Of a stretch of DNA of 64,000 nucleotides, positions 38,134 through 48,226 are shown in pieces. Position 1 is the stretch's first letter; every line of letters starts with the position of its first letter. Source of the stretch: a virus; the IMG/VR virus record IMGVR_UViG_3300020201_000009, positions 1 to 64,000 of that record, one strand, 5' to 3'. The notes below the pieces were generated by a model. That model was not told where the DNA came from and ran no database searches. It saw only the letters and a program-made list of their open reading frames with translations. The position numbers and the translations under genes were made by a program.

Positions 38134-39231
38134 TTAGGTGATATTAAACGCACGTCTACCGGAAATGAATACACCGATATCGTTCTGACCAGCACCAATG
38201 GTGGTGGAGAAGCTTAGTGTAACAGTTTTGGCAACGTCACCGATAGAATCAGAGAATGATTCGCTGTCAAGTTTTGCGCCCTTGAAGTCGAAAATCATTG
38301 TGTCAGCGCCAGTGCCTTGACAATTTGGTTCTTTAGCTCTAACTCTTAGATTATATGTTTGATCGTTACATAGAAGATTCGAAAGAGAGGCGACCTCAAG
38401 ATTAACTTGATAGACGCTGACTTCCATCGTAACAGTAATCGGAAATGATGGTTCTTGAGCGTAGGAAAATAGAGAACCTAGCTTGTTTAGACTTTCACGA
38501 GCAAGAGGAATCGAGATGGAAACGCTCTGTACTGGACATGCATTGGCACCCGATAATGCAATACCTATACCGGCATTGGCTTCGAGGGTCACGTCACCGG
38601 GCTTAATAGCCGAGATGATGTTGACACCTGTACCAGCGGTAATCGCGGGAAGAGAGAATCTGCCAGAGACGGCTTGACCGTTCTCAATGTTAATCGCGGG
38701 TGTATTGATGTTCTGAGAACCAGTATCAAACTTAAGATTGAACCCTTGAATTGAAACGTCGGCGTTTGGTAAGTCACCAACGGCGAAATTAAAAGTTAGG
38801 TTCGAAATAGACGCATTGCCCAAAGAAACGACACCTTGGGGAGTCGCGTCCCCGGCCAAATCCACGCCTTCTCTCGCGATTGGAAAGAAATAGTTTTTCG
38901 GATCTTGAGTCTTGGCTAGAATTTTTGAAATACAAGAATTCTGACCAAGAGAGTCTAAGCCTAATTTGGATTCATTTTCACCATCGGTGAGCAAGTAATT
39001 GAAGGAAGCATTAACTACCGGAGATTCCGTGATGATTGAGTCAATACGGTTTAGTACGGTAAATTGATTAACGTCCTGCCGAGTGACAGAGAAATCATAT
39101 GTAAGTGATTGTACGCGGTGAATCTGGAGAAGTGTACTGGTGCCGGAAGTTCCCGAACTGAACATTGCCCCAGTCGCTACACCGCTGGAGACGAGAATGC
39201 CCTCGTTGTTGTAAATAATACGTGTTGCCAT
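38134..39231 (-). CDS. Major tail tube protein
   Basis: Beta-rich 365 aa with its own GTGTA motif (39273-39277) and terminator; upstream of chaperones and tape measure. Confidence 0.7.
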   Translation of the reverse strand: MATRIIYNNEGILVSSGVATGAMFSSGTSGTSTLLQIHRVQSLTYDFSVTRQDVNQFTVLNRIDSIITESPVVNASFNYLLTDGENESKLGLDSLGQNSCISKILAKTQDPKNYFFPIAREGVDLAGDATPQGVVSLGNASISNLTFNFAVGDLPNADVSIQGFNLKFDTGSQNINTPAINIENGQAVSGRFSLPAITAGTGVNIISAIKPGDVTLEANAGIGIALSGANACPVQSVSISIPLARESLNKLGSLFSYAQEPSFPITVTMEVSVYQVNLEVASLSNLLCNDQTYNLRVRAKEPNCQGTGADTMIFDFKGAKLDSESFSDSIGDVAKTVTLSFSTTIGAGQNDIGVFISGRRAFNIT

Positions 39232-39302
39232 TTTATTTTATCTTGTATTTAGAGTTAGAAGTTATCGGTTAATACACTTTTTTCCACAGTTTTTATTAAA
39301 AA

Positions 39303-40256
39303 TTACTGAATTATCAGGTTGCTACCATCTAATTCTAAGGTGTTTATACCAATTGGAATGGACATACCGATATCAACCGATATATAGTTGCCAACTTGAG
39401 CACCGAAATTAACACTATCAATATACGGTTTCACGACTGCATAAGTAGTTCCGGGAGTAGGAGAACAGCTAGGGATTAGTGTAAAATAATATGTTCCGGT
39501 TTCAAAACCGCCACAATTAAACCCAGATAAGCCGACAAAGTTACTCGCAATACCTTCGACGAAACCTTGGATCTGTAAGGTGGCGTTGGCTTCACTTAGA
39601 ACTCTACGAGGGAAACGAGTGCCGAAGTCAAAGAAAGATTGGCGATTAAATGATAAACCAATGCTAAATGATTGAATAGAAATTCCAGTAATCGCCGTTC
39701 CAGAAAAACTGATGCCAGATAAACTAATACCATCATTTTTAACAATGTCAGAAGTATATGTAACTCCACTTCGCGGTTGGTTATTGGGGGTTGTCCTTAA
39801 ATCAAAACCTTCGCCCCCGAAACTAATTCGTGCGATATCGCCAACCGAAGCGTTGACCGTATAACTTGTTAATACTCCGGTTTTTATGTTCCATTCATTC
39901 TCGTAAAAAAGTTTGGATGGGTCGGAAATTAAATAGTTAAAATCTCTGGCGGCATACCTCAGTAGAGAATTCCCATCCCCGCCTGTACCCAAAATAATAC
40001 CAACACCGCTTGAGTGAGTAAGGCCCAAGTGTTGTTCGGCGACATTGTCGCTCTTTAACATTTCAATACTGTAAGTAACTGGTGTATAGTTAATTACCGG
40101 TCTGTCGGACAATTGTTTAAATCGACCTAAAACGCGAGAATCGTAACGAGGAACCGTGTAGTTCCAAGACGCGCTCTGCACTCTTTTTAGAAAGATGTTT
40201 TCGGTCCCATTTTGACCGCTGCTCATTGAGACTTCTACTGCATTATATTTTGGCAT
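39303..40256 (-). CDS. Tail-tube-like minor protein
   Basis: Paralogous blocks to 38134-39231; GTGTA at 40289-40293. Confidence 0.6.
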   Translation of the reverse strand: MPKYNAVEVSMSSGQNGTENIFLKRVQSASWNYTVPRYDSRVLGRFKQLSDRPVINYTPVTYSIEMLKSDNVAEQHLGLTHSSGVGIILGTGGDGNSLLRYAARDFNYLISDPSKLFYENEWNIKTGVLTSYTVNASVGDIARISFGGEGFDLRTTPNNQPRSGVTYTSDIVKNDGISLSGISFSGTAITGISIQSFSIGLSFNRQSFFDFGTRFPRRVLSEANATLQIQGFVEGIASNFVGLSGFNCGGFETGTYYFTLIPSCSPTPGTTYAVVKPYIDSVNFGAQVGNYISVDIGMSIPIGINTLELDGSNLIIQ

Positions 40257-40308
40257 TTACCTTGTTCCTTATTACTTGTATAAATATTTACACTATTTTT
40301 TTCACTTT

Positions 40309-41163
40309 TTAACTTCTTGGATTTCTCATTTTTTGTATTTCTACATCCACAATTCCAACAAAAATTTGTTTATCGATATTAATTCGGTCGCTTGTTCGAG
40401 AACATTGAACGTAAGTAACTTCTAATAAAGACGATGGATCGGCAGAAGTTTTTAGCGTATTGTAGTTATAGCCAGAGGGGTACATACCCGTTTTAACGTC
40501 TTTAAATTCATTTAATGGATCTTGGTCTATGGTAATAAATGGAATTGACTTATATCTTGAATCTCTCATTATCGATAAAGCACCTTCTAAAGCAAAGTCT
40601 GTTTCGGCCATAAGAATCATCGATGTATTAACGGTAGTCATATCGGTTCCTGCTAGGGCGAAAGGCGCGTTGTCACTGTTTAATATGGATACGAAGGCGG
40701 CGGGAGTCATTTGTGCGTATGCCGGTAATCCACCAGTTGGGCGATTATTAAAACGAGGGTTGAAATAAGAGTTCGATCTAGTTAGAAGAGATTCTTGTGT
40801 TTCATTCGCTATATAAAAATTAAAATCCGGAAATGAGTAAGATGCACTTAAAACCAATCCAGTACCAAAGCCAGACGGGAAAAGAACTCTTCCATTTTCG
40901 TAGTCGATACGAATACCGCTTGATCTATTGTATATGACGTTAGAACCGCTAACGGATTCGCAAATAGTTGCTCCGGTAACACCCTTATCATAAACCCATT
41001 GTTTGAATGGGGATGAATAAGATACGTAACCATTCAAGCGAGCATCTGGTTGATAAAATAAATTAGATGTATAGTTGCGATAAGCTTGTCCGTTTTGAGA
41101 AATTTCGTGTTGAGCCCAAAAAAAGAAGGAGGAAAGGATATTATTGCTAAATTGTGGTTTCAT
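40309..41163 (-). CDS. Putative tail terminator / neck protein
   Basis: Directly upstream of tail tube genes; IDYENGRVLF motif common in virion proteins. Confidence 0.5.
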   Translation of the reverse strand: MKPQFSNNILSSFFFWAQHEISQNGQAYRNYTSNLFYQPDARLNGYVSYSSPFKQWVYDKGVTGATICESVSGSNVIYNRSSGIRIDYENGRVLFPSGFGTGLVLSASYSFPDFNFYIANETQESLLTRSNSYFNPRFNNRPTGGLPAYAQMTPAAFVSILNSDNAPFALAGTDMTTVNTSMILMAETDFALEGALSIMRDSRYKSIPFITIDQDPLNEFKDVKTGMYPSGYNYNTLKTSADPSSLLEVTYVQCSRTSDRINIDKQIFVGIVDVEIQKMRNPRS

Positions 41164-41165
41164 GG

Positions 41166-41816
41166 TTAGAAGTTACCAGCGCCTTTTTTGGCATTTGATA
41201 GAAAGTTACGAAAAATTTTACTTAGATAAGATCGGTTTTTGAAAGAACCGCCTCTTAGTTGATTTTCCACTTGCAAGCCTCCGCCCGAACGCGAAGGATC
41301 TGGGCTCTCAAATTTATCGGTATTCAAAAACTTCCCGATGCCGGGGATGCCTTGTTCGATACGATAAGCCCAAGAAATGCCGTTTGCCCAAGGCAATGGA
41401 GTCGCAGCGAATATTGCTGCCTTGTCGGGTTGCGTAATTCTAAACTGATATTCGCCCTCGTTTGTACGAGACCCTCTAAGATATTCAATTTTTGGACCGA
41501 ATTCTTTTCCCAGATTTGTTCTAGGATTAATCATTTTTCTTAATTCAATAATTGGGTTTGGTTCATCGGAGGAAAAACCGATAAATGAATAGAGATTCAT
41601 ATTACTAGAACGGCTATTCGGTAAGGTGTTAGAAATATTTTCAGCATCTACCCCACCAAGAATTTCTTTCGTAATTAGATCGGAGTCAAAATCTGCTAAC
41701 ATTTGCTGAACAGCCGGATTAAAATGCTCCCTGCGTGCTTTTTGAGTGGCTAGTGCTACAAGCCTAGCCGATTTGCTGATTGAAGCGATTATGCTTTTGG
41801 GATTAACTGTCGCCAT
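41166..41816 (-). CDS. Putative neck / tail completion protein
   Basis: Position in neck module; basic C-terminus typical of HK97 gp10-like neck proteins (inference). Confidence 0.4.
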   Translation of the reverse strand: MATVNPKSIIASISKSARLVALATQKARREHFNPAVQQMLADFDSDLITKEILGGVDAENISNTLPNSRSSNMNLYSFIGFSSDEPNPIIELRKMINPRTNLGKEFGPKIEYLRGSRTNEGEYQFRITQPDKAAIFAATPLPWANGISWAYRIEQGIPGIGKFLNTDKFESPDPSRSGGGLQVENQLRGGSFKNRSYLSKIFRNFLSNAKKGAGNF

Positions 41817-42283
41817 TAGATTGCTCTGTTAAGCCAGAGTGTCACATATTCTTTATTAAATAAACCGTGAGGTCGTTCAACGGAATCTAGTGTAAATTTA
41901 TAACCATCAAACTCTACTTGTTTTACATCTAGGAAAATTTGATCGTATGCTGCGACTTTGAGCTTAATACGTACTCTGCCATCGGGTACGTTATCTTTTA
42001 ATTGAGTTTCATCCTTAGCTCCGCCTACATAAGGATAAGCATAGGGATAATCTTGTTGTTTTTGATACCAAATTCTTGCCATAACATCAAAACGCTGTGG
42101 CACTCTCTCTGGTTCACTGTTATTTTGTATCGCGGCTTCAAATCGATTATAATTCTCATTTGAAGAGATTATGAGCTGTCCGGCCTCTTTATAAATTACA
42201 ATAGGTCTTTCCCACGTATCTGCTATATAGCTAATTACGGTGGCTAAAGCTTCCTTTTGGGCTGTTGTAAGAAATGATGGCAT
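41816..42283 (-). CDS. Putative head closure/stopper protein
   Basis: 155-aa beta-rich first gene of the tail operon; GTGTA at 42304-42308. Confidence 0.45.
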   Translation of the reverse strand: MPSFLTTAQKEALATVISYIADTWERPIVIYKEAGQLIISSNENYNRFEAAIQNNSEPERVPQRFDVMARIWYQKQQDYPYAYPYVGGAKDETQLKDNVPDGRVRIKLKVAAYDQIFLDVKQVEFDGYKFTLDSVERPHGLFNKEYVTLWLNRAI

Positions 42284-42336
42284 AATACAGTTTACAAGAG
42301 ATATACACTAAAATCGCATTCTTTTGTCAATAGACA

Positions 42337-42366
42337 CAAAAAAGCCGCACTTTTTGGAGTACGGCT
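42337..42366 (-). terminator. Intrinsic terminator ending the leftward early/middle operon
   Basis: Minus strand AGCCGTAC-TCCAAAAA-GTGCGGCT-TTTTT. Confidence 0.65.
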
Positions 42367-42394
42367 ATTTGTCGCAAAAAAATGATGAATCGAT

Positions 42395-42592
42395 TTAAGT
42401 TGAAGTCATTTTCAGAATAATTGGTTTCGAGGCCGGGGCGTTATTTGCTATAAGCTTCTCCATATGAATTTTTAGATCAAGGATACAATCATTATAACCC
42501 TTTTCGTAACTCCCGCGACTTGGCCTAATTTGAGAATTTAGCCATTTATGAAGTTCTGTGACAAGCTTCCAATTTTTAGGGAGATCACTCAT
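42395..42592 (-). CDS. Small hypothetical protein (likely start MSDLPKNW at 42592)
   Basis: ATG overlaps the end of the upstream gene; YEKGYND motif common in small phage proteins. Confidence 0.5.
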   Translation of the reverse strand: MSDLPKNWKLVTELHKWLNSQIRPSRGSYEKGYNDCILDLKIHMEKLIANNAPASKPIILKMTST

Positions 42593-42914
42593 TGATAGTG
42601 ACGAGTTTCGCTCCAAGGGCCTTTGAATACAGAATGACAACCTCTTCGAATTCTTTTCGAGTCAAATTTAATTCTCCGTTTAACCTAGTGCTTGTTAATA
42701 TACCGCTAAGAAAACATTCAATTGCCAATGTATAGGTCTCCGGATTCGGAATGGGAGATAAGTACTTACACGTAAGATGAGCAATAAATTGAAACAGAAA
42801 CAATTTTTCCCCCTTTAGCTCCTTCAATTTCTTTGAGGCGTCATCCATTCGGACTTTAGCTTCAAGATCTAGATGGTGTGACGATGTTTTTTTTTCTCTG
42901 TTTTCGTTTGGCAT
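42585..42914 (-). CDS. Hypothetical protein
   Basis: 109-aa ORF tightly packed in the operon. Confidence 0.55.
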   Translation of the reverse strand: MPNENREKKTSSHHLDLEAKVRMDDASKKLKELKGEKLFLFQFIAHLTCKYLSPIPNPETYTLAIECFLSGILTSTRLNGELNLTRKEFEEVVILYSKALGAKLVTINE

Positions 42915-42917
42915 TTT

Positions 42918-44021
42918 TTATAGTTTTGTAATTTGACCATCAACCCAATCGACATATCTCTGATTTTGACTGCGAATAGTTTCTAACAAAATCTTTCCCT
43001 TTGTGGATGTAAGGGTAGGAATCTGTATAGCGGAAATTTGTTTGGCAAATTCTTTTAGTTTTTCTTTGTCCGGAGCCGCTTCTTTACGTTCGGTTTCTTC
43101 TTGGGCTTGCTTAATAGCTCTTGTTTCGAATTCTTGTTTAAGTCTTAACTCATTTTCTATTTTTTTCTTCGCCTCTATTTCTACTCTTAATTTATCTGCA
43201 AATACTAATCGCTCTTGTTTAGCTTTCTTTTCAAGAGCCTCTTTTTCATCCTTAGCTTTCTTTTCAAAAATCTCTTTTTCATCCTTAGCTTTCTTTTCAA
43301 AAATCTCTTTTTCATCCTTAGCTTTCTTTTCAAGAGCCTCGCGTTCCTTCCTAGACTTAGACTCACGCTCCAACGCCTCTTTTTGGAGTCTAATATTTTC
43401 GATCCTAATCATCGCTTGTTCTTCCGCTTTGGCCTTTTCATCGGCCAGTCGCTTAGATTCTAATTCCTTCGCGATTTGCTGCTTACGTTCAAAAGCAAGT
43501 TTACTATTTTCGAGTAACTGATTATAAGAATCGTCTGGCATTAACTCTAATACATAACCGGTAGTATCAATATCGAATACTTTGAGAGCTGTCTCTCGCC
43601 TCAGCTTCAATTCTAACTTTCGTTTTGCCTCTTCGCGCTCAACGAATTCTTCCTTTTCCAGTAATTGCTTTTCTAGAGGTTCAATAATTTGTTTACAAAC
43701 ATTAGAAAAACCGTCAATGACACGACCGTCACGTAGCAAATTTTCTTTAAGAGCCTTTCGACTCTTTTCTAGGGCAATCCTAGATTTTGTTACCTCTAAA
43801 CGCGCTCTCTTAGCGAGTTCTATTTCTTTAGTCTGAGAGGCATCGGTAATTACAAGAGTTTCTACAACCTTTTGCCATTTTTGCGCTGTTACAAGAAATG
43901 GCTGGAAAGTTTTAAGTAAATCTTGAGCAAGTTGAAGTTCAAAATTATTCTGGGTAAGAATTAATTGAAATTCCTTTGGCGTTTGTACTTTTTCTACGAT
44001 TTCTGCTTCAATGGTTTCCAT
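42918..44021 (-). CDS. Long coiled-coil protein (possibly DUF1351/Gam-like), coupled to the recombinase-like gene
   Basis: E/K/R-rich; ARLEVTKSRIALEKSRKALKE...GRVIDG...IIEPLE pattern; EAAPDKEKL C-terminal motif. Confidence 0.55.
   Translation of the reverse strand: METIEAEIVEKVQTPKEFQLILTQNNFELQLAQDLLKTFQPFLVTAQKWQKVVETLVITDASQTKEIELAKRARLEVTKSRIALEKSRKALKENLLRDGRVIDGFSNVCKQIIEPLEKQLLEKEEFVEREEAKRKLELKLRRETALKVFDIDTTGYVLELMPDDSYNQLLENSKLAFERKQQIAKELESKRLADEKAKAEEQAMIRIENIRLQKEALERESKSRKEREALEKKAKDEKEIFEKKAKDEKEIFEKKAKDEKEALEKKAKQERLVFADKLRVEIEAKKKIENELRLKQEFETRAIKQAQEETERKEAAPDKEKLKEFAKQISAIQIPTLTSTKGKILLETIRSQNQRYVDWVDGQITKL
43219..43340. repeat. 33-bp coding tandem repeat, about 3.7 copies (EKKAKDEKEIF / EKKAKDEKEAL)
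   Basis: TTAGCTTTCTTTTCAA(GAGCC/AAATC)TCTTTTTCATCC units starting at 43219, 43252, 43285 and 43318. Confidence 0.9.
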
Positions 44022-44956
44022 TATTTAGACTCCGATTCTTTAATTTTTGACAAGATTCTATACACGTCTTCTTGGCTAATCGAAAGCCAAGAATCCCAAT
44101 CTTCAGGATTAGAAGATAAAATAGATTTATATTTCTTACTACAATTAGACTTTAGCTGAGAAAAAGTGATATTCATCTTCAAACATTTTTGTTGAAGAGC
44201 ATCGACTGGATTATGGCCTGTCACGGGTGTTTGATCTACCTTATCTGGAACGATTGCTGAAGAAGTCGAATTTACATTGGGAACAACAGATCCCTGATCA
44301 GGTCCAATTTCATCAAAACCAACAATGTTAATACCTAAATAGTTACGAATCGCACGAACAAAGGCTCGATTTTCTGCAATAGTTTCGATATATCGTTGAG
44401 CGAAATCAAAAGTGTTGGCTAATGAAGCGCCGCCGATACCGGAGTATTCATGGAATCCAAAAGCACCACTCGTTTTGGTTTCAAAATTTTCTATGAAAGT
44501 AATATTAGCTGTTATAGTACAAGAAACGACACACCGATAATTGTTATCGTATATAACATTATTAACAGTTGGGCGATACGATTCGATTCCTCGTAAGTGA
44601 GCTAAAAATTTAATACCAGCAAGATTTATAAGTAAAAATTTGTCTTCTGGATTAAGATCAACAATATCTTGGGTCTTGCAAAACCTTGCTTCCTTGCCAT
44701 ATTTCTTTAAAAACTCTTCTGAAAGACGCTCGCTCTTTGAGTTGACGTATAGATGTTCTGGTTTGAGCATAGCTCGCCAGTTGACACGGCCCTCTGGAGT
44801 AAATGTGTAATTGTAATTTTTAATTAATCCACGAGCATCTCTTTCAAAGAGATTTTGAGTGGGTTGTGTAATATCGTTTACCGTGGAGACCACTTCTTGA
44901 GTGACTTCATCGCTTGGAAACGGAATGTTTTCTGTCTCGTTTTTTTTCTTGCTCAT
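44021..44956 (-). CDS. Putative ssDNA-annealing protein (Rad52/Sak/Erf-like superfamily)
   Basis: LINLAGIKFLA...GGASLAN...ETIAENRAFVRAIRNYLGI...DEI resembles the AETRAxxRA helix of phage annealases. Confidence 0.5.
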   Translation of the reverse strand: MSKKKNETENIPFPSDEVTQEVVSTVNDITQPTQNLFERDARGLIKNYNYTFTPEGRVNWRAMLKPEHLYVNSKSERLSEEFLKKYGKEARFCKTQDIVDLNPEDKFLLINLAGIKFLAHLRGIESYRPTVNNVIYDNNYRCVVSCTITANITFIENFETKTSGAFGFHEYSGIGGASLANTFDFAQRYIETIAENRAFVRAIRNYLGINIVGFDEIGPDQGSVVPNVNSTSSAIVPDKVDQTPVTGHNPVDALQQKCLKMNITFSQLKSNCSKKYKSILSSNPEDWDSWLSISQEDVYRILSKIKESESK

Positions 44957-45070
44957 AAAAGCCTATTAAACGAAAAACTGATAAGTTCCGCAACCTTTTT
45001 TTACTCACGAAAAATATAAAAATGTGGGATTTCCTCCCAAAATACAGGATCTGGAATTACCTCTTGGATA

Positions 45071-48000
45071 TTATGTTCGAAGCCTTGCACAGGTTGATTT
45101 GCTATCCAAGCCGCTTTTGATTAAATATATATTTCCATTTGAAAGTAAATATTTATTGCTACGATAAAGTAACTTTCTGTTATCGGAAGATAAGATATCT
45201 AAAAGTAGATCGTAATCAGTATTCTGGTACTCAGCGGATTCTTCAACAAAGTTTTTGTATGACTTGACCGAAAAGCGCTCGATATTCCCTATATCAAAAT
45301 ACGTGAGTCTTATCGAAGATATTTCTTCTTGACTCGCGGTTTTATTGTATAATTTATATTTAATTCCAGCAGACTTAAGATTTTTAACAAATTCTAATAC
45401 GGAACCATCTCTAACTTCTACTGTGACTCCAACAACGTTTTTACGAAAAGATGTTAGCAAATTAATATTAATAGGTTTATCGGTAATAATACTTACTGGA
45501 CGGGTTTGTAAAGCCCCACTTAGGTTTTCTTCACTAAAATGGTAATCCATTCTACAAATAAGAGCTTGTCCATTTAAAAATTGAGGGCTAACGTTTAAAT
45601 CGGGGACCCATTCGATAACGGTCTGATTATAAGCTTCCCCAATGAGGTAACTTTTACGCTGAAATTTATTTGGACCATTAAAAATTTCTAAAATAGCATT
45701 AATGACATTTTCGGGAGGAATTTTGTTAATAGTTTTTGGGTGTTCTTGAGAATACGAGGGTACTCGGTTATTTCGATGGGACTCCAGTAAAAAAGTCTTA
45801 CTTGGGTTTTTCCACGCGGGGCCATGAGCCGAAATAGAAGTTGAGCCGTACAGGGAAACAAGGGGTTTGCCAAGAAATCCGGCTACGTGTGTCTGCCAGC
45901 TGTCGGGACCAATATGGCACATACCGTGGCGTAGTAGGTGATAGGCTTGGCGAATTGTAGTTTTTCCTTGGAAGTGTTCGCAATGTTTCAAAGGCGAATC
46001 CTCTTTCCCTCCCAACTGAATCATACGAATGTTATTGACTTTTAGAAGAGGGGATAAAATATCTAGAACTTCATTCATGTAATCGTAATTTTTTGATTGC
46101 TGTCCAGAGCCATTTTGAAAAGTAATATAGTTTCCTTCTATATTTGGGAAATAAGATTCTTCAATTTCAATAGATCCAACTTGGAGGGCGGTAGATCTGG
46201 AATATGTTTCGATTAAATTTGAATAAGAGAGATAAGATAATTGTCTTTGCGTATGAATAGCTGGATGAAAGTAATATTGGAAAAGCGCCTTTTCCTTATT
46301 CTGGCCAGCACCGATAGCAAACATTTCTTGTTCAAAGTGTTGAATATAGGGGAGAACTTTAAAAATTCTTGCGTTTCCTTCTAGAACCTCAAAATATTTC
46401 TGTTCACACATTACATATAAATCGACATTTGGATATTTTTTCTGAAACGATTCAAATAGAGAAGTACATAAAATAATATCACCAATTGATTCTTTGATTA
46501 AAAATAACGCTCTTTTGTTTGGGCGAGACCAATCAACAAGGCTATTAAAATCAAACGATTTATGTTTATTGTTTTCTTCGATTGCGACATTAATAAATAC
46601 GTTATGAACTTGCTGGCGAGTCATACCGTTTTTTATTTGATTGACCCAATGTAAACGACCATGACCCTCTGGACCTTCATCTAGTTTTAAAATTTCTTTA
46701 TAGAGAGTTGTTAGAAAATCATACTCTGATAAATCTTGAGGAAACGGAAAGTTTTGATTCTTTTCTTCCGCTTCGAGTTTAACCATTTCCCAATCAACGA
46801 ACGGTAATGAGTCAATAAATTCCTCAATTTTTTTGCCGTTAACTTCTAGATCATAATTTTGTTTAGCCCATTCGCGAGATTTTTTACCAAGTTCTTCCCG
46901 CTTTTTCGGCGGCATTTCGTAAACTTTTGTAAACATTTTCGCAATGGAAGATGGGTAAGGACTCGACTTTATAAAGTGAGTACCAAATTCGGTATATTTT
47001 GCCCAATCAAAACCTAGAGATCCCTTATTTAATTCAATAATATCTTCTCCATAGGAATAATCAGCGGTTAAAATAATCTTTTCTGCCGCTGCGGCTTCGA
47101 CACATGGTAATTCACACGCGCCCGAAGTCGCGGGATGAGAAAATACATCCATAATATTATACAATTCGTTTAACTGTTCTTCGGTGACACCTTTACCAAC
47201 GGATACAGTGTGAAGAGATTTTTCTTTACCCGAAAATGGACATGTCTGGTCATTTCCGGCGAAAGGATGAACAACATATTCGCTGGATTCGCTAGAGACG
47301 TAAGCCGTCCAAATGTCTTTATGGTTAACTCCATATTGAGTCGCCAGTCTCATAATATCCCAGCCCTCACCGAAGTTTGTGACTAATAACAAAATAGCCT
47401 TAGCTTTCGGGTTTTGCTTCTTAAAGAGAGCAAATCCCTCCATTCCATTTGTCACCGTTAGTTTTCTAAGCTGGTTACGAAATACGTCACCAATGATAAA
47501 CGTATCTGGGGAAATATTGTATTTTGCCCGAATTTCCCTCTTCTTTTGTTCTCCTAGATTATAAAAACCACTCAAATCAACAAGTGGATATTGAGTTTTT
47601 ACATGTTGGTATTCCTTACCTTGTTTATGAAATTCTTTACGAGCGAAATCACTCCATGTCCAATAGTGTTTGGTCTTTGTTGCGTCTTCTTTAGCGATAA
47701 GCGGAATACTATCATGGGTTGCCCAAAAGACGGATGAAATTTTACCCCAAAAGTTTTTGCCAGTGTTGAAGCCAATCCCCCATGCGTCCTCGACGAAAAA
47801 CGCGACATCGGGCCTGAATTCAGACACAACCTTTTCGACAAAATACTCTCCATAAGCTGCACGTTGGGCTTTGGCGGGATCGGAGTTCAGCACCTGAATC
47901 TCTGGCGGCGTAAAGGGTAATGCTCCATGGGCTTTCCATGGAAGTTGCTGGAGATCAGGGTTATTCGCCTGCATTTGAGCGGCGTATTCTAACAGTTCAT

Positions 48001-48115
48001 ATTTGCCAGTTTTCTGTAAATAGGTGAGAACATTTTTTGTGTTCTTGCCAAAGCCTGTAAATAGCTTTGAATAGTTGCTATTATATAATACCCTCTTCTT
48101 GCGCAATTCTGCCAT
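45071..48115 (-). CDS. Multidomain glycosyltransferase (GT4-like plus GT9/heptosyltransferase-like); C-terminus probably frameshifted, true end about 45001
   Basis: TGFG, RNQLRK, LNELYNIMDVFSHP...ELPCVEAAA (GT-B); ESIGDIIL, IQLGG, HIGPDSWQTHVA...PLVSLYG (GT9-like). Confidence 0.8.
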   Translation of the reverse strand: MAELRKKRVLYNSNYSKLFTGFGKNTKNVLTYLQKTGKYELLEYAAQMQANNPDLQQLPWKAHGALPFTPPEIQVLNSDPAKAQRAAYGEYFVEKVVSEFRPDVAFFVEDAWGIGFNTGKNFWGKISSVFWATHDSIPLIAKEDATKTKHYWTWSDFARKEFHKQGKEYQHVKTQYPLVDLSGFYNLGEQKKREIRAKYNISPDTFIIGDVFRNQLRKLTVTNGMEGFALFKKQNPKAKAILLLVTNFGEGWDIMRLATQYGVNHKDIWTAYVSSESSEYVVHPFAGNDQTCPFSGKEKSLHTVSVGKGVTEEQLNELYNIMDVFSHPATSGACELPCVEAAAAEKIILTADYSYGEDIIELNKGSLGFDWAKYTEFGTHFIKSSPYPSSIAKMFTKVYEMPPKKREELGKKSREWAKQNYDLEVNGKKIEEFIDSLPFVDWEMVKLEAEEKNQNFPFPQDLSEYDFLTTLYKEILKLDEGPEGHGRLHWVNQIKNGMTRQQVHNVFINVAIEENNKHKSFDFNSLVDWSRPNKRALFLIKESIGDIILCTSLFESFQKKYPNVDLYVMCEQKYFEVLEGNARIFKVLPYIQHFEQEMFAIGAGQNKEKALFQYYFHPAIHTQRQLSYLSYSNLIETYSRSTALQVGSIEIEESYFPNIEGNYITFQNGSGQQSKNYDYMNEVLDILSPLLKVNNIRMIQLGGKEDSPLKHCEHFQGKTTIRQAYHLLRHGMCHIGPDSWQTHVAGFLGKPLVSLYGSTSISAHGPAWKNPSKTFLLESHRNNRVPSYSQEHPKTINKIPPENVINAILEIFNGPNKFQRKSYLIGEAYNQTVIEWVPDLNVSPQFLNGQALICRMDYHFSEENLSGALQTRPVSIITDKPININLLTSFRKNVVGVTVEVRDGSVLEFVKNLKSAGIKYKLYNKTASQEEISSIRLTYFDIGNIERFSVKSYKNFVEESAEYQNTDYDLLLDILSSDNRKLLYRSNKYLLSNGNIYLIKSGLDSKSTCARLRT

Positions 48116-48166
48116 ATGTTACCCAATACTATCTATTTTACATAAAAAAACAACAAATATGGACAA

Positions 48167-48192
48167 TAAAAAACCCGGTTATTACACCGGGG
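48167..48192 (-). terminator. Intrinsic terminator after the SSB-like gene
   Basis: Minus strand CCCGGTGTAATAACCGGG-TTTTTT. Confidence 0.65.
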
Positions 48193-48226
48193 ATTTTATA
48201 ATCAAAATACAGATTAATTATTCAGT

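Noticed and set aside
43219-43340. CRISPR-like array
   Set aside because: The units are contiguous with no spacers and are in-frame coding repeats
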